Positions 41,101 to 50,511 of a DNA stretch of 64,000 bases are shown here, piece by piece; position 1 is the first letter of the stretch; each line of letters begins with the position of its first letter. Made by a program: the position numbers and the translations under genes. Source of the stretch: Candidatus Multivorans sp. (GTDB taxonomy: Bacteria; Acidobacteriota; Thermoanaerobaculia; Multivoradales; Multivoraceae); the NCBI GenBank assembly GCA_965224025.1, contig OZ245033.1, positions 4,256,001 to 4,320,000 of the forward strand, in the 5' to 3' direction. The notes beneath the pieces are model-generated. The model was not told where the DNA came from and did not search any database. It saw only the letters and a list, made by a program, of their open reading frames with translations.

Positions 41101-41642
41101 ACGACGAGCGCACCTTCGACAGGCTGACCGTTGTTGTCCAACACCTTGACCGCCAGTGCGTGCCGAACAGGCAGTTCGATGGGAGCGAGTGCAACAGGCG
41201 ACGTTACAGCCAACAGGGGATAGTGCAGAACGGACGCGGTGGCTCGGGCTGCACTTCCGGGCGCTGCAGGCCGAATCTCAAGCTGCCAAGGACCCACCGT
41301 CGCACCTGACAGAGAAAACGAACCATCCGCACGGGAACGGACCACGTCCGCCGCATCGGACAGTACTCCGGGATGAGACAGTTCTTTCAACGCTCGCTCG
41401 TATCGGCTGGGATAGGGTCGCAACACGATCTCTACGCCGGCCGCCGAGGCGCCGCGTTCGTCTAGCAAGAAACCCGTGACCGCGAGGGGCGAACGCGTGG
41501 CTGGCTGGGCCCAAACCAATCCTGCAACGGTGACTTGGAGTAGTGCGGCGCCCGCAACAGCGTACACCGCCAAAGACGCCAGACCGCTCCCAGCCCGGAG
41601 TCGAGGCTCGAGCCTTTCCGCCCGCCCGATTCTCTTCATCAT
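38157..41642 (-). CDS. Large exported protein with tandem carboxypeptidase-regulatory-like (CarboxypepD_reg) beta-sandwich repeats
   Basis: Repeated G.V.D..G.PV.GA.V...TD..G.F.L..L..G.Y.L...A.GY units; N-terminal hydrophobic segment; visibly lower GC than core genes. Confidence 0.85.
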   Translation of the reverse strand: MMKRIGRAERLEPRLRAGSGLASLAVYAVAGAALLQVTVAGLVWAQPATRSPLAVTGFLLDERGASAAGVEIVLRPYPSRYERALKELSHPGVLSDAADVVRSRADGSFSLSGATVGPWQLEIRPAAPGSAARATASVLHYPLLAVTSPVALAPIELPVRHALAVKVLDNNGQPVEGALVVAEPTVGLSERHSRPSVYERPERLYPGFDRAVALSDTDGLARFVVPAARSNVVAWASGFGPRAVEAESGRVTLQLASGPGVTFRVRDSSGEAVRNVVIRTTGRYEVPLAVTDENGEATVAVTRSERSTFVFESIGGAHAEVGPLTWASQGDQAEPRVVVIELAQPTTIQGRVVDADSNRGVAGAAVWDRSDPGYRALTDGLGFFSLAVPVGRERTGLTIAATGYVEANARVAASRLRADSIVRFVVKPAAPLHGWVVTEMGQPIAGATVRAEPSGRARFLGSLAGGPGRSTSAPDGSFWLSNARYDTAYRLIVEARGYPSTVRDLPPLSLETRPESVRIVLAKGQRPWGLVVDQVGVPVAGAHAWLIWGPSGGQDSEHPLRQGAARGVVSNGRGEFEFPNVSPGQYRLRISHPEYAGLKEELVNVPHGEGYVDIGVFALTAGKEIHGVVMDDSRRPVAGAAVTARQWNQAGPGATRAVATDADGRFRLAGLLPVLTVLNATAPGFAPSAVESVRPGTGESILIELAEGASLAGRVLGPSGRVVAGVEINLRAQVAESNRVVSGLAGEHLFHRVHTGSEGRFRLDNLAPATWSVEASDQSSRAATEGIELKTNEHREIELRLEATSHLTVLVVTQLGEPVPGADVRVSFESETRMYAFGRTDAGGRAELATGTGAATVEVNHPELLARTREIELKPGVSEVHVRLSPGWEISGFVRSVDGTPIPGAAVEAVQVLGIDDVGEMEADVRRFLRWSRPAVLAMSDSRGGFRLTGLHRGRYRLLGRLSGYTEGESSETIVIDGQSVTGIDVVLGPGTSIRGRVVGMDASDMAAVEIQAWQEVLFRRTVPDIEGNFELEALAPGSWRIVAERGEWRSAEYGVTLEPGSAYGPVELVFEAGFRLTGWVLVAGRPASGGFVSAVPHGQGKERRTRTDHQGRFEFEGLRADSYNVKFRHDLGFTTEQSLDLKSDHYNLLVDLQPRSTRDE

Positions 41643-41662
41643 CAACACATCAGCACTCCTAG

Positions 41663-43148
41663 CAGGCCGTAGCAAAAGTCCCTGGGAGGGAGTAGTCTAG
41701 GTCGGGTCGCACCGGTTCGAGACGAGCAGCGCAATGGCACTTGGCAGGCGTCGTCGGGAGCGGCAGGAGGACCTCTTCGTAGCCACGAGCGAGATCCGGT
41801 CGGCTGGTAATCCGTTCTACGAGGCGTTGAATGGCCTGCTGGATGCGAACAGGTTCGACGACTTCGCCGAGGAACTGTGCCGGGAGTTCTACGCGGAGAC
41901 GCGGGGTCGGCCGAGCGTAGCGCCCGGGGTGTACTTCCGGATGCTGATGGTGGGCCATCTGGAGGGGATCGACTCGGACCCCGGCATCGCATGGCGCTGC
42001 GCAGATTCGATTTCGCTGCGTGGTTTTCTGGGCTACGGGTTGAGCGGGAACCCGCCTGATCACGCCAGCCTGTCTCGCACTCGCCGCCGTTTGAGCCTCG
42101 AAGTGCACGAGGAGGTGTTCAACTGGGTGCTCTGGCTGGTGCGGGATCACGGCCTTCTGAGCGGCAAGACGCTGAGTGTGGATTCGTCGACTCTGGAAGC
42201 GAACGCGGCAATGCGGTCGATCGAGCGGCGGGACGACGGTACCAGGTATCGGGAGTACCTGGAGAAGTTGGCCGTGGAGTCGGGCACTGCATCCCCGAGA
42301 CGCGCGGACATGGCGAAACTGGACCGGAAGCGTCCGAAGAAGGGATCGAACGAGGAGTGGTTCCATCCCGGGGACCCGGAGGCGCGAATCACCAGGATGA
42401 AGGACGGCCGGACTCGTCTGGCGCACAAGCTGGAGCACGCGGTGGACATGGAGTCGGGCGCGGTTGCGGCTCTGACGATACAGAGCATTTGGGGGCGGCG
42501 ACACGGCCTCCTTGCCGAGGACGCTGGACGAGGCGTCGAGGCAGCTTGGCGAGGTGGCGCTTGAGGCGGCGGAAGTGGTTGCGGACAAGGGCTATCACTC
42601 GAACGGTACGATGAAGGACATCAAGAGCCGCGGTCTTCGCAGCTACGTCAGCGAGCCCAACCCCGGCCGCAGGAGCTGGAAGAAGGACCGCGCGGCGCAG
42701 GCGCCGACGTCTGCCAACCACCGCAGGATCAGGGGCAACCGCGGTCTCTCCCTGCTGCGCAAGAGAGGCGAACTGCTCGAACGGACGTTTGCTCACCTGC
42801 TGGTGACGGGCGCCATGCGCCGCGTCCATCTGCGCGGCACCGACAACATTCGAAAGCGGGTGCTGATTCAGGGCGGTGCCTGCAATCTCGGCCTGCTCAT
42901 GCGCACGCTGTTTCACGTCGGGACGCCTCGCGGCCTGCAGGGGTTGGCAGCCTTGGCGCAGCCAACCGAAACCTCCGTCTACACCCTCTCCTGGCATCCG
43001 ACGCCAACCTGCCGGCAACTCCTGCTCCTTCTTGACCGCATCCTCGTCTCTTGCTTTCGCGACCCCCTTGCTAACGATCACCGCCATTCAGATCGCCTGG
43101 CCCTCGCCTCCTACGGAACGCGGTCGGAGACCTTTCTGCCACGGCCTG
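41663..43148 (+). mobile_element. IS1182/IS5-like insertion sequence with CTAG target duplication
   Basis: Terminal IRs CAGGCCGTAGCAAAA / TTTCTGCCACGGCCTG; CTAG at 41659-41662 and 43149-43152. Confidence 0.88.
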
Positions 43149-43162
43149 CTAGGGGGGACTAG
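41734..43162 (+). pseudogene. Frameshifted IS1182-like DDE transposase
   Basis: GRPSVAPGVYFRML, PDHASLSRTR, VDSSTLEANAA in one frame; VVADKGYHS and LERTFAH in another; shift near the G-run at about 42490. Confidence 0.85.
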
Positions 43163-43790
43163 TCGGGCAACCGGCTTTGGCGGCAAGCTCCGGCGAACTC
43201 TGTAGCAGGTTGCCGGCGAACCTCCTGCTCTCATCACAAAGCAGGCCGAACGTACCAGTAATCGCTTCCGCGAAGTGCGAAGGGAGCGGCGAGTTGAGAT
43301 CCCAGAGGAAACTGATGGGGCCCGATTCGGTATAGTAGATCAATTGCGCGTGGGCCCGAAGTGGAGATCCGCGCGCTGCTCCAGCAGCTCTTGCTTCGCG
43401 GCAGGCGTCACTGTTGCTTGGCCGTCGATACTCATAGCCGGGGCCGCATTGTGGAAGGTGCCCTCTGAGTGCATCGGTGGTCCAAAGAGCGGCCAAGGTG
43501 TCCATCTGTTCTTCGCCAACTCGGCGGCAGGTCATGACATTTCGGTCGAGCTCCATGTAGTCCAGACCACCGGCACTGTCGAGGAACAGGAGGGAGTTCT
43601 CGATGTGGTCCTTGTGCGGTACGCTCAACTGTAGGTCCAGAAGGACTCCATGGCGGCGCATTCCGCTTGTTCCGAAACCCGGTGCTAGACACTGCGGATC
43701 TACGTAGTGGCAGGCCGTTGTGAACTGCGCGGCTATGGTCGCGACGATCAACAATAGCCCACGTCCTCTCCCCTCGCGTCCAAGTACCAT
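43149..43790 (-). CDS. Hypothetical Cys-rich putative lipoprotein
   Basis: Basic n-region, hydrophobic core, FTTAC lipobox-like motif, 7 Cys. Its TAG stop is the IS target CTAG. Confidence 0.55.
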   Translation of the reverse strand: MVLGREGRGRGLLLIVATIAAQFTTACHYVDPQCLAPGFGTSGMRRHGVLLDLQLSVPHKDHIENSLLFLDSAGGLDYMELDRNVMTCRRVGEEQMDTLAALWTTDALRGHLPQCGPGYEYRRPSNSDACREARAAGAARGSPLRAHAQLIYYTESGPISFLWDLNSPLPSHFAEAITGTFGLLCDESRRFAGNLLQSSPELAAKAGCPTSPP

Positions 43791-43907
43791 CCGCCTGAGG
43801 CTAGCATGTTCCCACTCTGCCAACGTACGTGAGGCGGCGGCCCTCCCGCTGGAGCTATGGTCGAAATTCGTCTACCGAGTTGAAGAGGGTGGCGTGCCCT
43901 GCTGAGA

Positions 43908-45405
43908 GCCTCTTTCGAGTTGCGAGTGGGTAGGGCGCGGGCGAGTGCAGATGCTGAGGGGGTCTTGGGATAGCGGCCTCCGCCGCCGTAGCCGCCGCCG
44001 TCGGGCTGTGGAATCTGCGGAAGACCGGTAGCGGCGAGGGCGCAAGCTGTCCGGTGGGGAGGGCGTTCGCGGCGATTTCGGGTGGTGGCGGTAGTCGCGG
44101 GCGATCGGAATGAGCAAGACTCGTCTCTCCTGTTCCGACTGAAGGAGGACGAGAGATGCAGAGGGAATTGTTCGCGAGAGCGCTGGGCGTGTCGGCGCCG
44201 TGGTTCGTTGACGGCGTGGACTTCTGTGAGAGGGAGCGTCGGTTGACGATACGGATCGACTTCAGGAAGGGCAGCCGATTCGCCCACGAGGGGGACGGCG
44301 GTTCTCATCCGGTGCACGACACGCAGATCAAGCGCTATCGGCACCTCAACTTCTTCCAGCACGAGTGCCTGCTCGAGGCGCGAGTGCCCCGTGTGCGACT
44401 CCCCGACCAGCGGGTGGCGTTGGTGACTCCGCCCTGGTCGGGCAGATTGTCCGGCTTCACGCTGCTGTTCGAAGCCTTGATTCTGGCCATGTGCCGAGAC
44501 ATGACCTTCGCTGCGGTGGCCCGGTTGACCGGGGTGTCGTGGCATCGGGTGCACGCGATCTGCAAGCGCTACGTCGAGCTGGCGGTCGACCGGGACGACC
44601 TCTCCGAACTGCGCCACGTGGCCATTGACGAGACTTCCCGCGCCAAGGGGCACGACTACGTGACCGCGGTCGCCGACAGCGAGCGCCGGCGCGTGGTGTT
44701 CCTCGCCGAGGGACGCAAGTCCGGCACGATCGAGGAGTTCGCCGACGATCTGCAAAGGCGCGGCGGCGATCCCGCCGCGATCAGCCGGGCGTCCATCGAC
44801 ATGTCGGCCGCCTTCCTCAAGGGCGTCGCCGAGAATCTCCCCAACGCCGAGGTGACCCTCGACAAGTTCCACGTCATGGCCCTGGCCTCGAAGGCGGTGG
44901 ACGAGACCCGGCGCCTCGAACAGCGCCTCGATCCGTCGCTGAAGGGCCTGCGCTGGACGCTGCTCAAGAACCGCGACTCCCTGACGCCGGCCCAACGGGC
45001 CGACCTCGACCGCTTCGTCAAGAGGGTCGCCAGCCGACGCACCGCACGCGCCTGGCTCTATCGGGAGCAACTCCGCGAAATTCTCAACCGCAAGCAGATC
45101 AACGTCGTGCTGCGAATGCTCCATCAGTGGTGCACCAACGTGAACCGCTCCAAGGTCGAACCCATGAAGGCCGTCGCCCGCACCATCCGAAAGCACCTGC
45201 AAGCGATCGCTGCCTGGGCGCGAACCCGGCAGACCAACGGCTTCCTCGAAGCCCTCAACGGACTCTTCCAGTCCGCCAAACGCAAGGCCAGAGGCTACAA
45301 GCGATTCGACACCATACGCATCGCCTTCTTCCTCATCGCCGGCAAACTCGACTTCCACACGCTCAACCCGCACACCGCTTGACCCACTCGCAATTCAAAA
45401 GAGCC
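43908..45405 (+). mobile_element. Intact-looking ISL3-family element with 8-bp target duplication
   Basis: IRs GCCTCTTTCGAGTTGCGAGTGGG / CCCACTCGCAATTCAAAAGAGCC; TGCTGAGA duplicated at 43900-43907 and 45406-45413. Confidence 0.93.
44156..45382 (+). CDS. ISL3-family transposase
   Basis: RHLNFFQH, SGFTLLFEA, AIDETS, IDMS, DKFHV, TNGFLEALNGLFQSAKRKARGY. Confidence 0.95.
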   Translation: MQRELFARALGVSAPWFVDGVDFCERERRLTIRIDFRKGSRFAHEGDGGSHPVHDTQIKRYRHLNFFQHECLLEARVPRVRLPDQRVALVTPPWSGRLSGFTLLFEALILAMCRDMTFAAVARLTGVSWHRVHAICKRYVELAVDRDDLSELRHVAIDETSRAKGHDYVTAVADSERRRVVFLAEGRKSGTIEEFADDLQRRGGDPAAISRASIDMSAAFLKGVAENLPNAEVTLDKFHVMALASKAVDETRRLEQRLDPSLKGLRWTLLKNRDSLTPAQRADLDRFVKRVASRRTARAWLYREQLREILNRKQINVVLRMLHQWCTNVNRSKVEPMKAVARTIRKHLQAIAAWARTRQTNGFLEALNGLFQSAKRKARGYKRFDTIRIAFFLIAGKLDFHTLNPHTA

Positions 45406-45453
45406 TGCTGAGATCGGTTTGTCAGGAATCGACAACAGCAGAGGAGGCACGCC

Positions 45454-46714
45454 GTGGGAGAGAGTACAGCGCTTCGGTTCGAGAGGCCGGAGTCGTTCGG
45501 GGACGAGTTGACGGAGCTTCTTCGCCGCGGCGCCAGGCAGTTGGTGGCGCAGGCGGTGGAGGCGGAGTTGCAGGAGTTGTTGGCAGTCCAGGGCGCCCGG
45601 AGGCTGCCGGACGGTCGAGCCGTCGTGGTGCGCAACGGGTACCAGCCGGAGCGCGAGGTGGTGACCGGGATCGGGCCGGTCCCGGTGCGGATTCCTCGCC
45701 TTCGCAGCCGTGACGGCGAGCCGGTGGCGTTTCACTCGGCCCTGGTGCCGGCCTACGTGCGCCGCAGTCAATCGCTGGATGCGGCGATTCCGTGGTTGTA
45801 CCTGAAGGGCGTCGCGGCGGGCGAGATGGCTGAGGCTCTCGGCGCTCTGGTCGGCGAGGGCGCTCGCGGCCTGTCGGCGAACGTGGTGAGCCGGCTGAAA
45901 CGGCAGTGGGAGGAGGAGCATCGGTCGTGGTCGAAAGCGCGACCTGAGCGGGGAGCGCTGGGTCTACCTGTGGGTCGACGGCATCTACAGCGGTCTTCGG
46001 GGGACCTCGGCGCGGCTGTGCGTTCTGGTGGTGATCGGCGTCAACGAGCGGGGCGAGAAGCACCTGCTGGCGGCGGAGGACGGCGTGCGGGAGTCGACGC
46101 AGAGTTGGCGCGAGCTGCTGCTCGATCTGAAGCGCCGCGGCCTGAAGAAGGCTCCGAAGCTGGCCGTCGGCGACGGCGCGACGGGCTTCTGGGGAGCCCT
46201 GGAGGAGGTCTACGGGAGCACGCGCCAGCAGCGCTGCTGGGTGCACAAGACGAGGAACGTCCCGAACTACCTGCCGAAGTCCTCGCAGCCGAAGGCGAAG
46301 CAGGCTCTGCACGAGATCTGGATGGCCGAGACCCGGGAAGAGGCCGACAAGGCCTTCGACGGATTCATCGAGACCTACGACGCCGCCTACCCGAAGGCCA
46401 CCGACTGCCTGCTCAAGGACCGAGAGGAACTGCTCGCCTTCTACGACTTCCCCAAGCAGCACTGGGTCCACCTGCGCACGACCAACCCGATCGAGTCCAC
46501 CTTCGCCACCATCCGACCTCGGACCGCCCGAATCAAGGGCTGCGTCAGCCGCAACACCATGCTGGCGATGATCTAAAAGCTCGGAACCTGCGCCCAGGGC
46601 CACTGGCGGCGACTGCGCGGATTCGACCAGCTCGCCAAGGTGCTCCGCGATGTCCGTTTCGTTGACGGCATCGAACAAAACAACGACAACGATCAGACCA
46701 GGGACGCCGCCTGA
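45454..46714 (+). pseudogene. IS256-family transposase pseudogene
   Basis: VRNGY.PER, LYLKG, LVVIGV..G.K.LL, AVGDGA.GFW, QRCWVHK, LRTTNPIESTFA; frameshift near 45945 and premature TAA at 46574-46576. Confidence 0.9.
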
Positions 46715-46765
46715 TGATCAAACGACCGTACACGAAATTTGACCATAGCTCGCTCCGCCGCTGAA

Positions 46766-47824
46766 GGCTCTTCCGGATTGATGGTGGAGGTGCCGTAGTT
46801 TTACGGGATGCGAGACACAGACTTGTACGGTCGGATTCTGGGTATCGAGCGGCCATGGCGGGTAACGGATGTCGAGCTTCGGCTTGAGGCCGGCGAGGTA
46901 GAGGTTTTCGTCGCTCGCGGCGCGGGCGACGGGTTCAGTTTTCCGGAGTGCGGCAAGGAGGCTCGCCGTCACGACGCTCGTCGTCGTCGTTGGCGTCATC
47001 TGCCGACGTGCCAGTACCGGACGATTCTGACGGCCGAGGTACCTCGGTGCGCTGCGGGGATCACGGCGTGCGGACGATTGGCGTGCCGTGGGTCGATTCC
47101 GGTTCCCGGTTCACGGCGTTGTTCGAGGAGCTGGTGATCCGCCGGTTGGGCGAGACGAGCATTCTGGCGGTGGCGCGTCTGCTGGACCTGAGCTGGGACC
47201 AGGTGACGGCGTGATGCGTCGGGCGGTGATCCGGGGTCTTGAGCGCCGCAGCAAGGCGCCGGCTTCGCGGCTTCTGGGCGTGGACGAGACGTCGTTTCAG
47301 AAGCGGCACGAGTACGTGACGGTGGTGGCGTCCCTGGAGGGCGAGCCTCGGGTCCATCACGTGGCGGACGGTCGCGGCAGGAGGCTCTGGCTTCGTACTA
47401 CGAGTCGCTGTCGGAGGCGGAGCGGTCGAAGATCGAGACGGTGGCGATGGACATGTGGGCGGCGTACATCTCGGCTACGGTGTCGTGTTTGCCGGACGGT
47501 GCCCGCAAGCTCGCGTACGACAAGTTCCACGTCGCCTCCCATCTCGGCGGCGCGGTGGACGAGGTGCGGCGAGAGGAGCACCGTCTCCTGAGCCGCCTGG
47601 GCGACGACCGTCTGGCCGATACGCGCTACCTGTGGCTGTACGACCCGGACAACGTGCCGGAGCGTCGGTGGAGCCGCTTCAAGCAGTTGATCGACGGCAC
47701 TTCCAAGACGGCCCGCTGCTGGCATCTCAAGGAGGTCGCGACCCGCACCGCCATCTACTTCCATCTCGGCGGACTCGACCTCGAACCGCATTCACTTACA
47801 TTCCACACGAAAGCCTGAAGAGCC
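46766..47824 (+). mobile_element. Degenerate, internally deleted ISL3-family element
   Basis: IRs GGCTCTTCCGGA... / ...AGCCTGAAGAGCC; fragmented transposase ([61 protein letters not shown]) with several frameshifts and the C-terminal catalytic segment missing. Confidence 0.88.
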
Positions 47825-47886
47825 GCAAGGCGTTTCCGGCGCTAATGCCGTGTCGCTGCCTTCCATGCTCTGAACGTCAGCGCCCT

Positions 47887-47922
47887 CACGTGCCCTTTCC
47901 TTCACACGTGCCCTTTCCTTCA
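47887..47922. repeat. 18-bp perfect tandem duplication
   Basis: CACGTGCCCTTTCCTTCA x2. Confidence 0.9.
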
Positions 47923-48397
47923 GAGGAACCCACCACCAACATCCGGAAGCGCCCCGCGCCACGCTCGACCGACCCCGGGTCTCTGCGCCAGCTCATGGAA
48001 ACGGCTCCCCCGCGAGCTCGTCGAAGCCGTTGGATCTCACAACGCCGTTCGGCCTCCGGTACAACGACTCCACGTTCCAGCAGGCGGGGGACGGACCTCG
48101 CTACTCGCCACGAACGGCACCGCCTGCTGCTCGTTTACGCCGCCGCCCAGGTGCCCTCGCCTCTCCCTTCCTCCTCCGTCCCAACTCCGCCCAACCTATC
48201 TCCCGCGACAGCACCTTGCCGCGCGCCGCAAGAGCGCGTTTCTTCGTGTGTGGTGCCTCCATTGTCTCGACTTGACAAACTCGCCCAGAAGAGCTTAGCT
48301 CTCGACTCTTTGGCGGTGCTCACCCCTACCTTCACGGCTTCTCGACCGCATCGGTGGATCTCCCTGCCGCGCAAACGTGAGCCGACTACAAGAGAGG

Positions 48398-48946
48398 ATG
48401 ACTTTGAGAAGCCCTTTGTTTCTTGCGGTATGGATTGGCGTTCTGTTTATCTTTTCATCAAACGCCGTGGCTCAGGCACAACCGGGACCCTACGGCTGTT
48501 CTTTGAACCTACCTGAGATCGCTCAGGCGGGCCTTGACAGAGCGTTGCTTGAATCGTGTACGCGGCATGACCGATGTTGGCGGGCACAAGGCGTATGCGG
48601 CGGGTACTATCCCGGTTTTGGGCACAAGGCAGCTTGTGACCTCGCGTTCTACGCTGATCTACGACTCATCTGCACCTTGACGAAGTCGTCTCTTAGCCTC
48701 GCAGGCGCTTCCGACGAAGAGACCAGGAAGTTCAAGAAAGCATGTGATGGCGCCGCCACCGCCGCCTTCGCCGGCGTGTCGGGCAACTTGGTGGGCTACG
48801 CAGCGAACCAGTGCCGATTCTTTTGCAACCAGGGAATGTGTGACTGGCTATCGAGCGTGACAGGGGGCGTCTGGGTTCGTGGACCTGCGAACTGTTGCCC
48901 CGACGACCCGTGCCCACCGCCCCCCCTAGGGCCTATCGTAGAGTAG
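48398..48946 (+). CDS. Secreted Cys-rich phospholipase A2-like protein
   Basis: Signal peptide ending AVA-QA; GCS...SCTRHDRCW (CxxHDxC), ACDLAFYADL..IC; 13 Cys in the mature part; AGAGAGG upstream. Confidence 0.7.
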   Translation: MTLRSPLFLAVWIGVLFIFSSNAVAQAQPGPYGCSLNLPEIAQAGLDRALLESCTRHDRCWRAQGVCGGYYPGFGHKAACDLAFYADLRLICTLTKSSLSLAGASDEETRKFKKACDGAATAAFAGVSGNLVGYAANQCRFFCNQGMCDWLSSVTGGVWVRGPANCCPDDPCPPPPLGPIVE

Positions 48947-49149
48947 ACGGTTCTAGGCTCTGTGCCGGCGTTGGGGGACGACAATCCGTTTGCGAACGCC
49001 ACGTCGATGGGGACGCCGTGCCCACGATGGCGCGGTCCCCCACTTGCTTGTTTCAAGGAGTCGAGCCTGCCCAAGCCATCCGGCAACGTGCCGCACCTTC
49101 CAGTCGCGAAGCACTCGTACTTCGACGATTGACGGATCGACGACGAACT

Positions 49150-49605
49150 CTATGGATCCGACCCCCACAACGCGGACGTTGCGAACTCCAGGCTGTTGCC
49201 GTCGGGGTCGCGGAAGTAGATCGATCGGCCCCGGCGGCCGCCCCAGTCGATCTCCTGCTCGATCTCGACGCCGTGGCGCTCCAGGTGGGCGCTCCAAACG
49301 TCGATCTCGTCCGCGCTCACACCGAACGCCAGATGACCCGGGCCGTGAGCGCCGTGGGAGCCGAGGCCCCGCGGGGTCAGGTCGGGGTTGGCCGTCGCCT
49401 CGGGATTGAACAGGAGCACCATCTGCTCACCGCAGCGGAAGAAGACATGTCTCCCCTGCAGCTTCGAGTGGAGGGTGAGTCCCAGGACCTCGGTGTAGAA
49501 GACCTCCGCCGCTTGGAGGTCGCTCACATAGAGTGAGGCCTCGAGAACGTGGTCGAGCCGTCGCGGGCGACTCGCGGGCGTGGCGCCTCTGGAAGCGTCT
49601 CCCAT
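49150..49605 (-). CDS. VOC/glyoxalase-family protein
   Basis: LEASLYVSDL.AAE.FY..VLGL, HGAHGPGHLAF, SIYFRDPDGNSLE. Confidence 0.9.
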   Translation of the reverse strand: MGDASRGATPASRPRRLDHVLEASLYVSDLQAAEVFYTEVLGLTLHSKLQGRHVFFRCGEQMVLLFNPEATANPDLTPRGLGSHGAHGPGHLAFGVSADEIDVWSAHLERHGVEIEQEIDWGGRRGRSIYFRDPDGNSLEFATSALWGSDP

Positions 49606-49631
49606 GCTCTCTCGAAGCGTACCGGAGACCG

Positions 49632-50489
49632 CTAGCTGTCGGCCGCAAGCTCTCCCAGTAGCCGAGCTGTGTTCCCGGCTCTCCGCGCCAGGAACCGAGC
49701 TGACTCCCCCAGCAGACCGTCGCGGCGCTCGTGAGCGAGTTCTTCGCGCGCGGCCAGGGCGGCCAGGGCGGCCAGCGTCGCCTGCGAGTCCTGCCCGAGC
49801 ATGCCTTCGAGGGCGAAGCGTCGTTCACCGGCGCGCAGCCCCAGGCCAAGTTCGCGCGCCATCGTCCCGAGCGCCGCCCGGGTCAGGATGATGCCGGAGC
49901 GAACGGGGGCCAGCAACGCCTTCAGGAACGCCTGACCACCCTCTTCCCGCGGATCCGGAAGCCCGGATGCCGCGCGCAGATGAGCGGGCAGGACCGCCGG
50001 CGGCCCGACGCGCCCGGCCTCTTGGGCCAGGGTGTCGCGGAGCAGCTCCGCCCAGCGCTTGTAGCCGCCGGCCGCCAGTTCCCCGGCGTGGTCGAGATAC
50101 GCGAACACCCACGGCGCCAGGTGCTCGTGCAGGAGGGCGCGGCAGGCTTCCGCCACCAGCGCGGCGCCCGGACCGCTCGCTTGCTCCTGCTCCTCGCTCA
50201 GGGCGGCGTACAGGCCGAGCAGGACGCTCAAGTGATCCGGCTCGGCGGGAGGCGTCCGGCCTACCGCACGCCAGAACCCGGCGATCCGCTCTCGTGCCTC
50301 GCCACCCATCCAGCCCTCGGGACCCAGGTAGATCGAGGCATGCGGAGGCAACTGGAACATGAACAGCTCCGCATACGCCGAGTCGTCGATGCCGTCGCCC
50401 AGGCCGAGCAGACCGGCGATCCGGGCGTGTTCGGGTGCCGGCGGTTCAGCGAAGATGGACAGGGCGCGCAGCAGTTCGACCGAAGTCAT
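49632..50489 (-). CDS. TorD/DmsD-family molybdoenzyme maturation chaperone
   Basis: PPHASIYLG, EPDHLSVLL, LLHEHLAPW motifs; last gene of the Mo operon. Confidence 0.85.
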   Translation of the reverse strand: MTSVELLRALSIFAEPPAPEHARIAGLLGLGDGIDDSAYAELFMFQLPPHASIYLGPEGWMGGEARERIAGFWRAVGRTPPAEPDHLSVLLGLYAALSEEQEQASGPGAALVAEACRALLHEHLAPWVFAYLDHAGELAAGGYKRWAELLRDTLAQEAGRVGPPAVLPAHLRAASGLPDPREEGGQAFLKALLAPVRSGIILTRAALGTMARELGLGLRAGERRFALEGMLGQDSQATLAALAALAAREELAHERRDGLLGESARFLARRAGNTARLLGELAADS

Positions 50490-50511
50490 TGCCGTTCCAA
50501 CAGCTAGCGGC

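Larger units (their letters stand above)
43852..46751 (+). mobile_element. IS256-family element interrupted by ISL3
   Basis: IRs GAGCTATGGTCGAAATTCGT (43852) and ACGAAATTTGACCATAGCTC (ends 46751); no target duplication visible. Confidence 0.85.

Noticed and set aside
47960-48390. ORF, ncRNA or promoter upstream of the PLA2-like gene (TTGACA at 48272)
   Set aside because: No recognisable protein or RNA motif, and no convincing -10 box at the proper spacing.
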